A DNA stretch of 64,000 nucleotides from contig OZ316891.1 of the NCBI GenBank assembly GCA_973895155.1, positions 21,899,168 to 21,963,167 of the forward strand. Direction: 5' to 3'. Below, piece by piece: positions 37,753 through 50,134 of the stretch. Made by a program: the position numbers and the translations under genes. The notes beneath the pieces were generated by a model. The model was not told where the DNA came from and made no database searches. It saw only the letters and a list, made by a program, of their open reading frames with translations. Source of the stretch: Marsupella aquatica (Eukaryota > Plantae > Marchantiophyta). Position 1 is the stretch's first letter; the number at the start of each line of letters is the position of its first letter.

Positions 37753-40700
37753 ATCTCCTATTCCTGTAAAGATAACCACAGAATCTTTGGATCGCAATAA
37801 CCGCTTGCATTTTATGGCTGAGAAAATTCACATGAAACCTTTTCAGCCTCAACACATTTAACTTAATTTCATATCCCTTCTGAAACATGTTTGACAAAAG
37901 ACGTACGGGCCCCCGTAATGCTTCGGGCTTCGCCGCCTAGCGAATAATAAGCCTTCCGGTGAATACGGACCACCGATAGAAAACCTTCCAGCAGCTCAAT
38001 TTCTGAGAACTTAGGGTGATCAAATTGCAAATGGACTTTTCATAACATCTTCTAGTAAGAGCCCAATGTGGACGTCAGCTTGCCAGAGATTAGAATCTAA
38101 ATCCCATGAAATGTCGATGTCAGCCTGACAGAAATTAGAATCTAAATCCATCAGGTGAGACTTGTATACTTCTATGTGAAATTTCGAGGGAATTTCTATG
38201 TGCATAATTAGTTCGCAACTCCTTTCCCTTGTACATTCCCACCAAATCCCACAACCAAGATATGTGGGTCTGCACCCTCAAAGGCTGTTCTAATCTTGTA
38301 ATCAGGGGTCCAAACCCTAAGAAAGAACTATTTTCCCTGGTCACCCTACGCAAGTTCCATTCGAATCTTTGCACTTCTGTTCAATTGAACAATTAGTAAC
38401 AGGACACAACAGTGGAAATTTGTACATTCAAGCTACTTTCTCACGCAAAATCGAAGGAGCGTCATTTGAGCAGAGACAAATTTATGCCTAATAAATTTAC
38501 ATTCTACTTCTGATCTTTCTCACGCCAGACTTTGAGACTTCAAATCGGCAGTTTCGAGTTTCTTGACAGGAGTAGGCTTTCCTACAATCTGTCCTTAAAG
38601 CACCACAACAGTTTTGTAAGAGGATTTTCGAGGCTTCTGTTTCTCCTTATCTTGCAATCAATCATTGATTCCAATCTACAGAATCTACGCTTTCGGGAGT
38701 TCATCTTACCGTTGTTTATCCGAACGGGCCATTGCAACCACTCTTGACAGTGGCGATGTCATATTCACAACGCCTCTTGTTTTGTTAGCACCAGTCAGTC
38801 TCCTTTAGCTCACGAGCTGCAGATTTCTACTCCCGTGACGCTGCTTTTTCGACGAAATTCTCCAGGCTCTGCTGGAGGAAGACTCCGACGCTGCAGTTGA
38901 ACATCTCTTGCACTAACAAATGCCAGCTTTCTAAATATGTAATCATGGATTTTAGTTTCACAGAGTGAACTCACTGGCGTAAAATTATAATTGTATGAAA
39001 TTTCATCAATGCCGGAGGTGTAGATTCACGAGTGATTTTCTCTTGTAAACTTACGAGGTCCAAGTTCTGAATGTAAATTTTTATCTATTCAATTGTAGAT
39101 TAATTGATGACAATTGAGCGATATAAAGCATGTTCGAGTATGTCGTAAAGATCACCAGCAGATAGGATTGAGTGCGCATACAGTGGAGCTTTCATTATGC
39201 GGCGTGGTATTTTACAGCCAACCACGCTCGATCAAAACTGTGAATCAAGTAAATCGCATGGGGAAAAAGAGACTTGAAAACACTGAAAGTTAGGGGCTAT
39301 AAGGAATTAGTTTGTGGACCCCTATCTGTTTTGATTCAATTGAGATTGAATGTGTTGGACAATATGTGAAATATTCAATTGAGATTGAATGTGTTGGACA
39401 ATATGTGAAATAGATGTGAGAGCTATTTCTTGGACCTTCAGCAGTCGTTATCCTCAAGCCGCGGCTAGTTAGGAACCTTGGCGGAACGGTGGTCGTTGGT
39501 GTATACACTTTACGGCGTTAAGAACTAACTCTGCACATCTCCAAAGAAATAATCATTCATCGTCCTCTCTGTAACTCCCGATCAGCCTTCACATTCACCA
39601 TAGCCTTCCGCCCCTCATTTGCTTGTTTCCCTCCAAAAACAAATTAAAAAATTCCCCAACATTAACCACGATCCGGCATTTCTTATTCTTTCTCCGGCCT
39701 CAGCATCCTATCAGCTTTGTCCTCTTTCTCCCAAAAGACCCACTTCCAACAAACATAATTTTTCTCACCATGTCAAAGCTATGCTGTTTCTCTTCCTGAA
39801 TCTCAATAGCGCGCTCGGCCTCTTCTTGGGATTCTCAATCTGACATGTTCTCCCGAAATTACTCAAACAATAACAATGAAAACCATGCCTATCCTCCTCA
39901 GCTCCTCAGCTTCGCCTTGTTCACCCGAAAAACAACCTTTTAACAACAACAACGTTCGGCAGTGATCCACTTTCTCATTTGCTCACGAAATTCCTTCAAT
40001 AACCACCACGACTCACTGCCCACAATCGGCCGTTCCCTTTCTCCCATCCTCCTTTCACGATAGAGTGCTTCGAGTGAGTGGTGAGGAAGATCTGAGACAC
40101 AAGGCGCAGGGATCGTTGTCGATGGACGCGAAAGATTCAATCCTGTACTGCAAGCGATGGGCAACGCTTACTAAGCTGCATCAAGTTGTGAAGCAATGTT
40201 TGATATTTCCTGCTCAGTAATTGCCTACTTCACAAGCTCAATCTGTTCGTCATATAATTCTTCTATCCATGAGCACGACACGAGAAAACGACAATGCTGG
40301 AAGACAGATTGCTAGAGAAGGAGTGCTAGACATAAATGACCTTCTGGCACTGCAGAAACAAGATGCTTAACTACCATGCTCAGGATTCTTAACTGTCATG
40401 CTCAGGATTCTTAACTGCCATGCTACGTCGCTTCATTAGTTTAATTACAATTAAACTAGTTCATGGACCCCTTGGCTAATAAAATCAGGGGGAAGAGTCG
40501 ATCTGAGCCGTCTCCATTTCTTATCTCCGAAAATCTCGTCCGTCCATCATAATGGCCAATCTATGGCTCAAAAGAAAGATCTCAAATAGATCTATGGATG
40601 GGTTCTGTCCGTTTTGCAAATGGGTTAATATTTTTCAAATGAAAGTTTAAACAAATCCAAGCCTTCCTAGCCGTCGATTTTGTTGATTTTATGATTTTTT

Positions 40701-42289
40701 GCCATCCATTTTGTAATGCCTCTAGAAATCTTATTCATCCATGTTAGAAGGCGATCTAGGATGCAAAAGAAAGATCTCAATGCGATCTACGACTGGGTAT
40801 TTTTTGTTTTGAAAATGAGTAAATAGTTTTGAGTATAAAATTCGATGAACTTTCAAGATTCCAGCCATTCCTCCTCCCCGATCCTGGGTTTCTATGTGCT
40901 CTTCCCAGCATTAATGACCGTACAATACGAGAGGTCCTTACATACCGGGAGTTGCGGTTTAACAAGGAAGTTATCAAGTTAGTTATTAGTCATTATTTAT
41001 TATATAAAAAATACTCTTTAAAAATCTTTGAATTTAAGTTTTAAAATTGGAAATGTAATTAAAATGGTTACATAGTGACTGTTTTAACCGTCTCGCTCTT
41101 TGCATTTCCAATGTTTTTATTTTTCTTTTTACGGCACAACGTCCCAAAATTTACACCCAAATTGACACAACCACGAATGAAAACTATAAATTTGATTCGC
41201 AAAACCGACAAGTCTTGTTTGTTACGGTTGTTGTTGACGTGGCACACTGTGGGGCTAGGAATTTTGGAAGGGACCTCTAGTGGGGTCAGTAATTACAATT
41301 AAAAAATTAGTTCAGGGACCCCTTGGCTAATAAAATCAGGGGGAAGAGTCGATCTGAGCCATCTCCATTTCTTATCTCCGGAAATCTCGTCCGTCCATCA
41401 TAATCGCCAATCTATGGCTCAAAAGAAAGATCTCAAATAGATCTATGGATGGGTTCTGTCCGTTTTGCAAATGGGTTAATATTTTTCAAATGAAAAATTA
41501 AACAAACCCAAGCCTTCCTAGCCGTCAATTTTGTTGATTTTATGATCTTTGCCGTCCATTTTGTAATGCCTCTAGAAATCTTATTCATCCATGTTAGAAG
41601 GCGATCTAGGGTGCAAAAGAAAGATCTCAATGAGATCTACAACTGGGTATTTTTTTTTTTGAGAATAAGTAAGTAGTTTTGAGTATAAAATTTGATGAAC
41701 TTTCAAAATTCCAGCCATTCCTCCCCCGATCCTGGGTTTCTATGTGCTCTTCCCAGCCCCTGGGGAATCACTCGGCGGATTCTTCCAACTACGTGCGAAC
41801 AAATAAAGGGTATTTTAGATCCCGTGCAACTAATAATTAGAATACCATAATACTAATGAAGGCAATACCAAAAGACTGAGTTTTCATTTATAATATGTCG
41901 AAGGGTTTATAATATTGAGTGTTGGGTATTATTTATTATATTATGCAAGGGTATTAGGACACCCTTGTGTGCCAGGTGTCATGTTTTGATTGGGACACGT
42001 TTCATGTACTTAGTTTAGGGTATAGGATATATGAGCACTTAGTATGCTATAGTATGTTGGGGATGGGTTTCTAAACGCTGAAGTGGGGAGACTGAGGGGA
42101 GAGGATCATTGGGAGGGGTAGTTGCAAGGCTTGGTCCACCATCGGGGAGTGTGGAGGGAGTCCAAACCGCGACCATTTTTTTCCAAGGGTTTTGAATATG
42201 GGAATCATTGACCCAGGTTACTCTTTGGTGTCAATTTTACTCCCTATTTTCCTCAACATTTGCCAACCTTAGCAAGGGCGATGACTATG

Positions 42290-43753
42290 ACCTTGTGCAA
42301 CTAGCAAGTGCGGCGGCTACAACCTTGTGCAAGAGCTGGGAGATTGATCAAAGGGCAAGGAGAGGACTGAGTGAGCTTGGGACGGAGGACGAGGCAAGGT
42401 TGGTTGGGGATTGCTCAAGCTGCTTCCAAGCTTGAACTAGTTCAAAGCTTTTCTTGCCTCCAAGCTCGAGCTGGCGTCGAGGGTGATGCTGAGGCTCTGT
42501 GGTGGAGCCATTGCTGCCCGCACTGCTGCAAGCTATGCGTTGGGTGAGTGGTCATGTTTTGTCATTCACGACCTTCGATTCTTTAGTGCTTCTCTGGAAT
42601 CATTCCGCTCTCTCCTTGCCAAAATCTTTTTGGAACTTTGCTTCTTGTTCCATTTCGGAGCAAGACGGAGAGCTTCATTCACGACTATCTTAGCTCTCAG
42701 GGCGCGAAGGGACTTGCTAAGTGGTAGCCGTGGGAGTGCATGGGAGCGTGGGAGATTGGACAAGCTCATCATCATCTTTGGCATTCAAAGGCCTCCGCTT
42801 TCGTGCTTCAGTATGGTTTCTAACCCTTGTCCTCAATCTATTGAACAATATTGTATGTTGGGCGCCTATTGGCTGTAGAGAGTTTCCAGAGCCCACCCCG
42901 CTACAGCAGCCCGTTGCCCTAGTAAATTATCAAGAAAAGAATGAAAGCTCAAGGGAGGTCGAAAGCTAGACATTGCAGTGGCTACTAGCTTAATGAGAGG
43001 GTTGTTGTTTGAGCTTGTGCAACTAGCAAGGGCGGCGGCTACGACCTTGTGCAATGAGTTGGGAGATTGATCAAAGGGCGAGGAGAGGACTGAGTGAGCT
43101 TGGGACAGAGGACGAGGCAAGGGAGGTTGGGGATTGCTCGAGCTGCTTCCAAGCTTGAGCTAGTTCAAAGCTTATCTTGCCTCCAAGCTGGAGCTGGCGT
43201 CGAGGGTGATGCTGAGGCTCTGTGGGGGAGCCATTGCTGCCCGCACTGCTGCAAGCTATTCGTTGGGTGAGTGACCGTCACATTTTATCATTCACAACCT
43301 TCGATTCTTTAGTGCTTCTCTGGAATCATGCATTCCGCTCTCTCGTCACCAAAATCTTTTGGGAACTTTGCTTCTTGTTTTATTTTGGAGTGAGACGGAG
43401 AGCTCCATTCACGACTATCTTAACTCTCAAGGCACGGAGAGACTTGCTAAGTGGTAGCTGTGGGAGTGCGTGGGAGCGCGGGAGAGCAGACAAGCTCATC
43501 GTCATCTTTTGGCATTCAAAGGCCTCTGCTTTTGTGCTTCAGTATGGTTTCTAACCCTTGTCCTCAACTCTATTGAACAATTATATTGTATGTTGGGCGC
43601 CTACTGCCTATAGAGAGTTTCCAGAGCCCACCCCGCTACAGCAGCCCGTTGCCCTAGTAAATTGTCAAGAAAAGTCAGAATGAAAGCTCAAGGGAGGTCG
43701 AACGCTAGACATTGCAGTGGCTGTTGGCTTAATGAGAGGGTTGTTGTTCGAGC
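42290..43753 (+). repeat. ~720-bp tandem duplication inside the TIR element
   Basis: cttgtgcaactagcaagNgcggcggctac at ~42292 and ~43014, collinear through to ttaatgagagggttgttgtt. Confidence 0.85.
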
Positions 43754-45747
43754 TATAAGCATTCAACAGGTGCGGATGTGGCATAGGAGCGACTGTGTAT
43801 AGAGTTGTGCATAGGAGTAAAGTTACATCATCAGTTATCAGTCGTTTCCATTAGTTGACCTGATATCAGTCGCCACATCATCTCAGAGAGGCCGCCAAGA
43901 TGCAGCGCCGAAAAAAATAATGAAAATTCTCAAAATTTGATGAAGAAAAAAAAACTTTTTTTGAATTTTTTTCACTATGGGTGTCCGTACCGTACGGGCA
44001 TCACTTCTCGGCGGGGCCAGCCGAGATGGCCAGGTGTCCATAAGGTACGGACACAAAATTTTGGCGATTTTTTTTTAATTTTTTAATTTTTTCTGTTTTT
44101 TTGTCCGCATGCCGATCTCGGCGAGGTCAGCTGAGATTGAGTCAATCTCAGCCGCCTAGCTGAGATGCATGGAAGTGCAAAGTTGTCATCTTAGCTGCTT
44201 AGCTGAGATTAAAAAAAATTGGCGGAAAAATTGATAATTGATGATCCTCGCTACTCCCGTGCATAGCATCGTTTGAATCATGTTTGTCGTAAGCTTGTTG
44301 AATGTGAGCTTGTGGGACTTGTTGCATTCCTAGAAGAAGAGAAGTTTGTTGGTGTTGTTGCAATTGTTGTCGATCTTGTTGATTTTCTACAGAGCTCAAA
44401 GAGTTCAGCAGATTGGACATGCTGGCACTGACCATGCAATGTTACAATAGAGTTTATAGGAGGAGAACATTTCCGCTTTTTCTTCCCATACACAACCCCT
44501 TGAGCTTTTGCCTGCATTTTGTGCACTTCTCTAACATATAGACGGACAAGTTGAGCTCCAAATGGGTTGGACTCAGGCTTTCCTCCGTGCTCTTTGAATC
44601 CAGCTTGGAGAGGCCCTATCAGCGCATTGAGAGAACCCCAGGCCTAGCGCAGTGGGCACCGGCAAGGGTTGGGAGGGCGTCGACATCCCTCAAGTGACGT
44701 TGCTTGTTGTGCAATCCCTGTTGTGTTGTTCCTGGAGCAGCAACCATCACTCCATATACATCCGTGCACATCCACTGGAAGTTTTTAGACTCACTGATGA
44801 TGATGAGACTTTTGAACAAACTGCTCTTGCAATCCAGTGCTTATGCGCGCATGCAACTGTGATCAATTTTGTTGTCCAAGTGATACCAGGCCTACGGTAA
44901 AGCTACGATACTCCTCCCTCCTCCTACCCTCCACCTCTTCCTGTAGGCTGTAGCAATAGGCTGAAAGAATGTGTCCAGAGAAGACCGCAGCTCCCAGCAA
45001 ATGGCTATTCTAATCCAGTTGTGGAGAATTTTATACGGTACCTCTTGTGCACCTGTAGAATGTGTTTCTAGTTTAGTAAATTACTACCATGGCAGGCCAC
45101 CCTACCTTAGGCGGCTGCCTCCTCCTACAGTAGACCTCACAAACACAAATTTGACCTTCGATCAGTCTATTATGGGCCGAATGTGCTCCTTTGCGAGTCA
45201 AGAGAACTATGTTTGGCTCAAACATTTTTTATCTCTTAATCTAACCATATAATTGATTTACTCTGTGTTTGGCTGAAGCATTCTTTATTCAGCCATAATG
45301 TAACTACACAATTGGTGCTTAATAGTTTCCCTACTGTTGCAACTGCAGTAGCTGGAACGCTATCTAGCCTGGCTTGGGAGAATGAGCAACACGCGAGGCC
45401 CAGAACGAGCCAAGCATCGAACAAGCCAAGCATCGAGGTCTTGTTGTTGAGTTTATTGTTAGTGTGGAGGTAATTAATTTATATTTGCCTGCACAAGGCT
45501 ACCTTGAAAGTTCTGTGAGATAGAATGATGTTGTGTTGCTCATGAGTCTGAGTCAATGCTCTTTTGTTGGCTATTTGACATGTTTATATTGTTCAGAGTA
45601 TGTATTGGAGTTCCTTGTAGATTGGCTCAATCTAGATAATTTTATTGATCAGTTTTAATTTTGCTTAATATTGGTTATTACGTACCTTGAAGGTACTAAA
45701 ACAATTATTACTGGAAAGGTAGTGTCCCACCAACACTCTTTGCAAAT

Positions 45748-46983
45748 TTGGCAGAGGTAGGCCATTCATGCTTAGCAGAAATGGATTTAACTGATGGAAT
45801 CCATGGTATTGGGAAGAGTCATAAAAAACATAAAAATATTTGGATGAAAATACATTTTTCAGAGGGATATCAAGATGCAGATTTCACAGATTATAGTGGC
45901 ATCAATACCAATGATGAGATAGTGATAGCATTGAAAGAAGGTTTTTCTTTGGCCCAAGATGCAGCTACTCTAGTTCAAATGAACCCCTCCACATCATGCA
46001 GAAATTGTATGTGGTGGACATCACCTTGGGCAGTAGAGGCAAAGCGAAGGGACCAAGGAGGTTGGTGTGACATTATAGTGGAGACTTTGCCTGTGGAAGA
46101 CCAACCTGAGTCAGAGCAGCAGCCACATCTTGTGGTGGGCTCCTCTGCTGCTGTTATTACAGAGGATATAGTTGAAGGAGATGGGGTGGCGGATGAAGTT
46201 ATTGCCCAAGGAGAACTCCAGGGAACTATCCGTGAATTGTGTGCTGAGTTGAATGAAGGTCCAGTAGTTCTTGGACAACCCAAATGGGTTCCCATGGTTA
46301 GTTGTGATAATTGTTATATATACAGAAGTACATTGGTGAGTCAACTAACTGGAAATCCTAGTCTTAGTAAGGATCGATTAACCAGGGTGAAACAGAGTGT
46401 TTATTTCAATAATCTGGTTGATAAACGATCAGATCAAGAAGGGGTTCCAACAATGTTCATGTCTTATGGTATGGACTGTGGAGTGTATTTTGTAGCAGAT
46501 CCACAACCTGGTAAAGAAACCAGGTCTCAAGGTCTACTGAAAGCATTGTCAAAGAACGAAAAAGGACAACCTACCTCAACCTCTGGAAGAAAAGTTTCAA
46601 AGAAGGGAGGCAGAGGTGAAGCTGTGTCTGTAGGATCCATTCCAAGAGTGGAAAAGTATGTTTGGTGGATTGGAAGAGTTCAAATGATTCGGAAAAAATA
46701 TATCAACAAATGGGGAAGATGCAGGGAACCTATTGACTTACTTGATAGGCCTGGCAAAGTGGATGATGGATCAGCTGCGTGTGAAGTACTGTTCAATTGG
46801 TTCAGTCCCTGTAGTGGGAGAACAAAATTTTGATATGATATGTGTGATCCTCAATGGATTGATTTGGACTGTGTTATATCCATAGTGAGCCTTTCAGTAG
46901 CTCCAGCTACTCCTAATGTGTTTGTCTTGCATGATCATGATGCAAGTTTACTTGATGATTTTGTAAAGAACAAGATCATATGA
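45748..46983 (+). pseudogene. C-terminal part of a large TE-encoded protein (probable transposase remnant)
   Basis: 361-aa ORF continues in frame past a TGA at 46831 to 46983. Conserved-looking blocks TLVSQL..NPSLSKDRLTRV, WWIGRVQMIR, WIDLDCVISIV. No catalytic core seen. Confidence 0.5.
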
Positions 46984-49900
46984 AGCTTATTCACCAATGT
47001 ATTGGTGAGTCACTTTCTTTTGATTGAATTTGCAGTCATTTGATGTCAGTGTGACATGATTTCATATGTAAACATGTAGCATTATATTGTTGCAAACTCA
47101 TGATGTGCTGTCTCAACAGATATATTACAACAACCAGGAAACTTGAATGGTGTATGAAGTTAGCATTCATGAAATTGCACCTGATCTTAAAGTGAGTTGT
47201 CTCAATTTTGTTTATATTCATTGTATTCTTTATGAATGTTTAAGCTCATCTCTAACATACTCTCCTAATTTTTTGCAGCATACGCAACAACACAATATCT
47301 GGTGTAATAGTTGAACATCATTTGCAACTGATGTGTAGTTTAGGGACTGTCACTAGTCTCCAAAACAGGTGCATGAGTAGTCCATAGAACTTGTGTAACA
47401 TCATCACATGTGCTTTGATAATATCTGTAGTGTAAAACTTGTGCAACATCATGACATGTGCTCTGATAATATCTATGTAGTGCAGTGTAGAACTAATTGT
47501 GCAACATCACCACATGTGCACTTGTTAATTATCTTTGTAGTGTAGTGTAAGGATTAATAGTAGTCCATACATTGAACAGATGAAATAGTAGTTGTAGGAT
47601 ACATCATATAAATATCCCATAGTCACAAGTACAAGTACACTCATCATGTGTCCTTACAAGCGGCATTTTATAATGAAACAAGGGTATTTTTATTGAGTGT
47701 CAAAAGTACTTATAAACTACTCAAGGGAGTTTTTAATGGATGAAATTTTTATTATTATAATTTTCAAGGATATTTTAAATTTGTAATATGAAAACTAATA
47801 AGGGGTACTCAACATGGAAGTGTTCACAGGGGTATAAGACATTTTAGCCTAAGTGATTCCCCAGGGTTCCCAGCATTAATGGCCGTACAATACGAGAGGT
47901 CCTTACATACCGGGAGTTGCGGTTTAACAAGGAAGTTATCAAGTTAGTTATTAGTCATTATTTATTATATGAAAAATACTTTTTATAAATCTTCGAATTT
48001 AAGTTTTAAAATTGAAAATGTAACTAAAATGGTTACATAGTGACAGTTTTAACCGTCTTGCTCTTTGCATTTCCAATATTTTTACTTTTCTTTTTACGGC
48101 ACGGCGTCCCAAAATTTACACCCAAATTGACACAAACATGAATGAAAACTATAAGTTTGATTCACAAAACCGATGAGTCTTGTTTGTTATGGTTGTTGTT
48201 GACATGGCACTTTGTGGTGCCAGGAATTTTGGAAGGGACCTCTAGTGGGGTCCGTAAAAAAGGTGGGCGGTTACTCGGGGTAAATAAAACTGAGTTGCAA
48301 GCCTATTCAGGGTAAATAAAACAGTTAATTTGGATAAGTTTTTACATAGAGGTTTACGGCATGGAGTCCTCAATTTTACCAAAAATTTATCGCAAACACG
48401 AATGTTGGCGTAATTTCATTGTAGAAACTAATCCGTTCCTGTTTGCAACACGCCATAATGATGTGACGCGTTTTGGAGTCAGGAATTTTGGAAGGAACCT
48501 CTAGTGGGGTCCGTAAAGAAGCCACCAATTTAGTGCTGAAAATCAACAAAAACAGCCTGGACTTCGTTGCAGAGGACTTCCAATGGCTCCACAGACTGAG
48601 CGGCCTTATTTAGAGCACGCTTAGCGTTTAGAGTCAACAGAGTGGTCATTTGAATGTTCCAGAAACGCTTGTCTCCAATGTAAACCTTTTCTTGATCGAG
48701 TAACAGTCTGAAAAGCTCAGATCTCGGACTAACATTATGGTACAAGCCGTACACACCCTGCGCCAACAGTTCCGAAGCAGTTGGGGTGGTCGTAGGCACA
48801 CCTGTGGCGGCCTTCGTGTTCTTCAACGGTCTGGGCACAAGATATCAATTTTAGACGGGAGCAAAGTTTAGTCTGACGTGTGCCGAGGAGCAAGGATTCG
48901 ATGCACCTTCATCGTGCCCGGCTTACCGCCATTTTTCTTGAAGCAGTTGCCACTGCCAGTAGCACCGTGCACACAAAGTAGCTCACACTTCTGATGGTAA
49001 TAAAATCACGAGAAAATAACGTGCCCTCCAAAAGCACCCCAATTCAGATATGTCACCTCGGTTCATCCCAGACCAAAAGTTTCTTACCGCGGATAGAAGT
49101 TTCTTACGAATGTAAACAAGACACACTTCTTGCCCATCAAGCTTAGAACTGAGAAAAGCATGCCAAACAAGAAATGGACTCTTATCTCCTAAGTGTATTT
49201 TTTAATATAGGAAGAAGTGATTCTTGCCAATCGTCACTACAACATATTTTGCCCTTTTGCAAAGCTCATTTGAGTTCGGACACATGTTTGCGATTCCAGA
49301 TGCTTCAAACCGTTGATGACTCAATACGCATCGCAATTTGCGATACTTGTGGTATCCCAACTTTGGTCTTCCATGCGATTTGCATCGCAAACATTTTGCA
49401 AACTTTATTGTATCACAATAGTTTGCGAAATTACAGAGATTACAAAACACATTACGAAGGCTCCGCGATCGCCCCAAAAGTCCAAAACCACAGTAACATT
49501 AATGATGCGAAACAATTAGTATTGGAGGATGTTTGTGAAAAGGTTAGCTTCAAACAATTTGCGATGGGTTTGTATGGAAAATGTGCGAAACGATGTGGAT
49601 GGTAAAGGTGGGATGGTCTGGATATCGCAAAATAGTGAAGCGTATAGTATGGAATAATTGAGAAACGGTTTAAATGGCAGAATTGCGATTTGGTTGGGAT
49701 TTGTTTAGTTTCGCAAACAGTTCGCAAACATTTATGTTAGACTTGTGTGTGCATCTAGGTTAGAGTTTGAATGGGGGAGGAGGAGGGAGGGAGGTGAAAG
49801 GTGAAAGAGGGAGGAAGGGAGTTGGAAGGTGGATGAGGGACGGAGGAAGAAGGGAGTCCAAAGAGGGTTTACTAAAAATAGGAGAGACTTTAGCGAAGAG

Positions 49901-50134
49901 GGAGGGAGGAGAAAAAGCTATGGAGTTTTTGGAAGAGGAAGGAGAGTTTGGGTTCAAAGAGGGAGGAGGGATAAGGGAGGGAGTACCCATGTCACTTATA
50001 TGCATGACCTCTTTTGAAAGTAGGAGTCCAAAATGAAAATACCTACCACACTAATGGTGTATGAAATATTAATTAAGAAACAACATGAACAATCCATGAT
50101 ATAGATTTTTGGTTTAAATATCCATAAGTGTCTC

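Larger units (their letters stand above)
41758..47866. mobile_element. 6.1-kb TIR DNA transposon with 8-bp TSD, superfamily unassigned, non-autonomous
   Basis: TIR CCCTGGGGAATCACT / AGTGATTCCCCAGGG; TSD ttcccagc (41750-41757, 47867-47874). The empty site is visible in unit 1 of the duplication (~40901-40908). Confidence 0.9.
40442..48255 (+). repeat. ~850-bp tandem duplication; the second unit is split by the 41758-47866 insertion
   Basis: Unit 1 is 40442-41288; unit 2 is 41290-41757 plus 47875-48255. Both start taattacaatta...ggaccccttggctaataaaatcaggggg and end ggaagggacctctagtggggtc. The end motif recurs at ~48481-48515. Confidence 0.85.

Noticed and set aside
39500-40400. Possible decayed transposase fragment on the minus strand
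   Set aside because: No motif could be identified with confidence.
44560-45460. Possible LINE endonuclease remnant on the minus strand (FQWMCTDVYG)
   Set aside because: Only one weak motif among many stops; not enough to call.
48530-48838. 102-aa minus-strand ORF
   Set aside because: No recognisable domain, no ATG start and no supporting exon structure.
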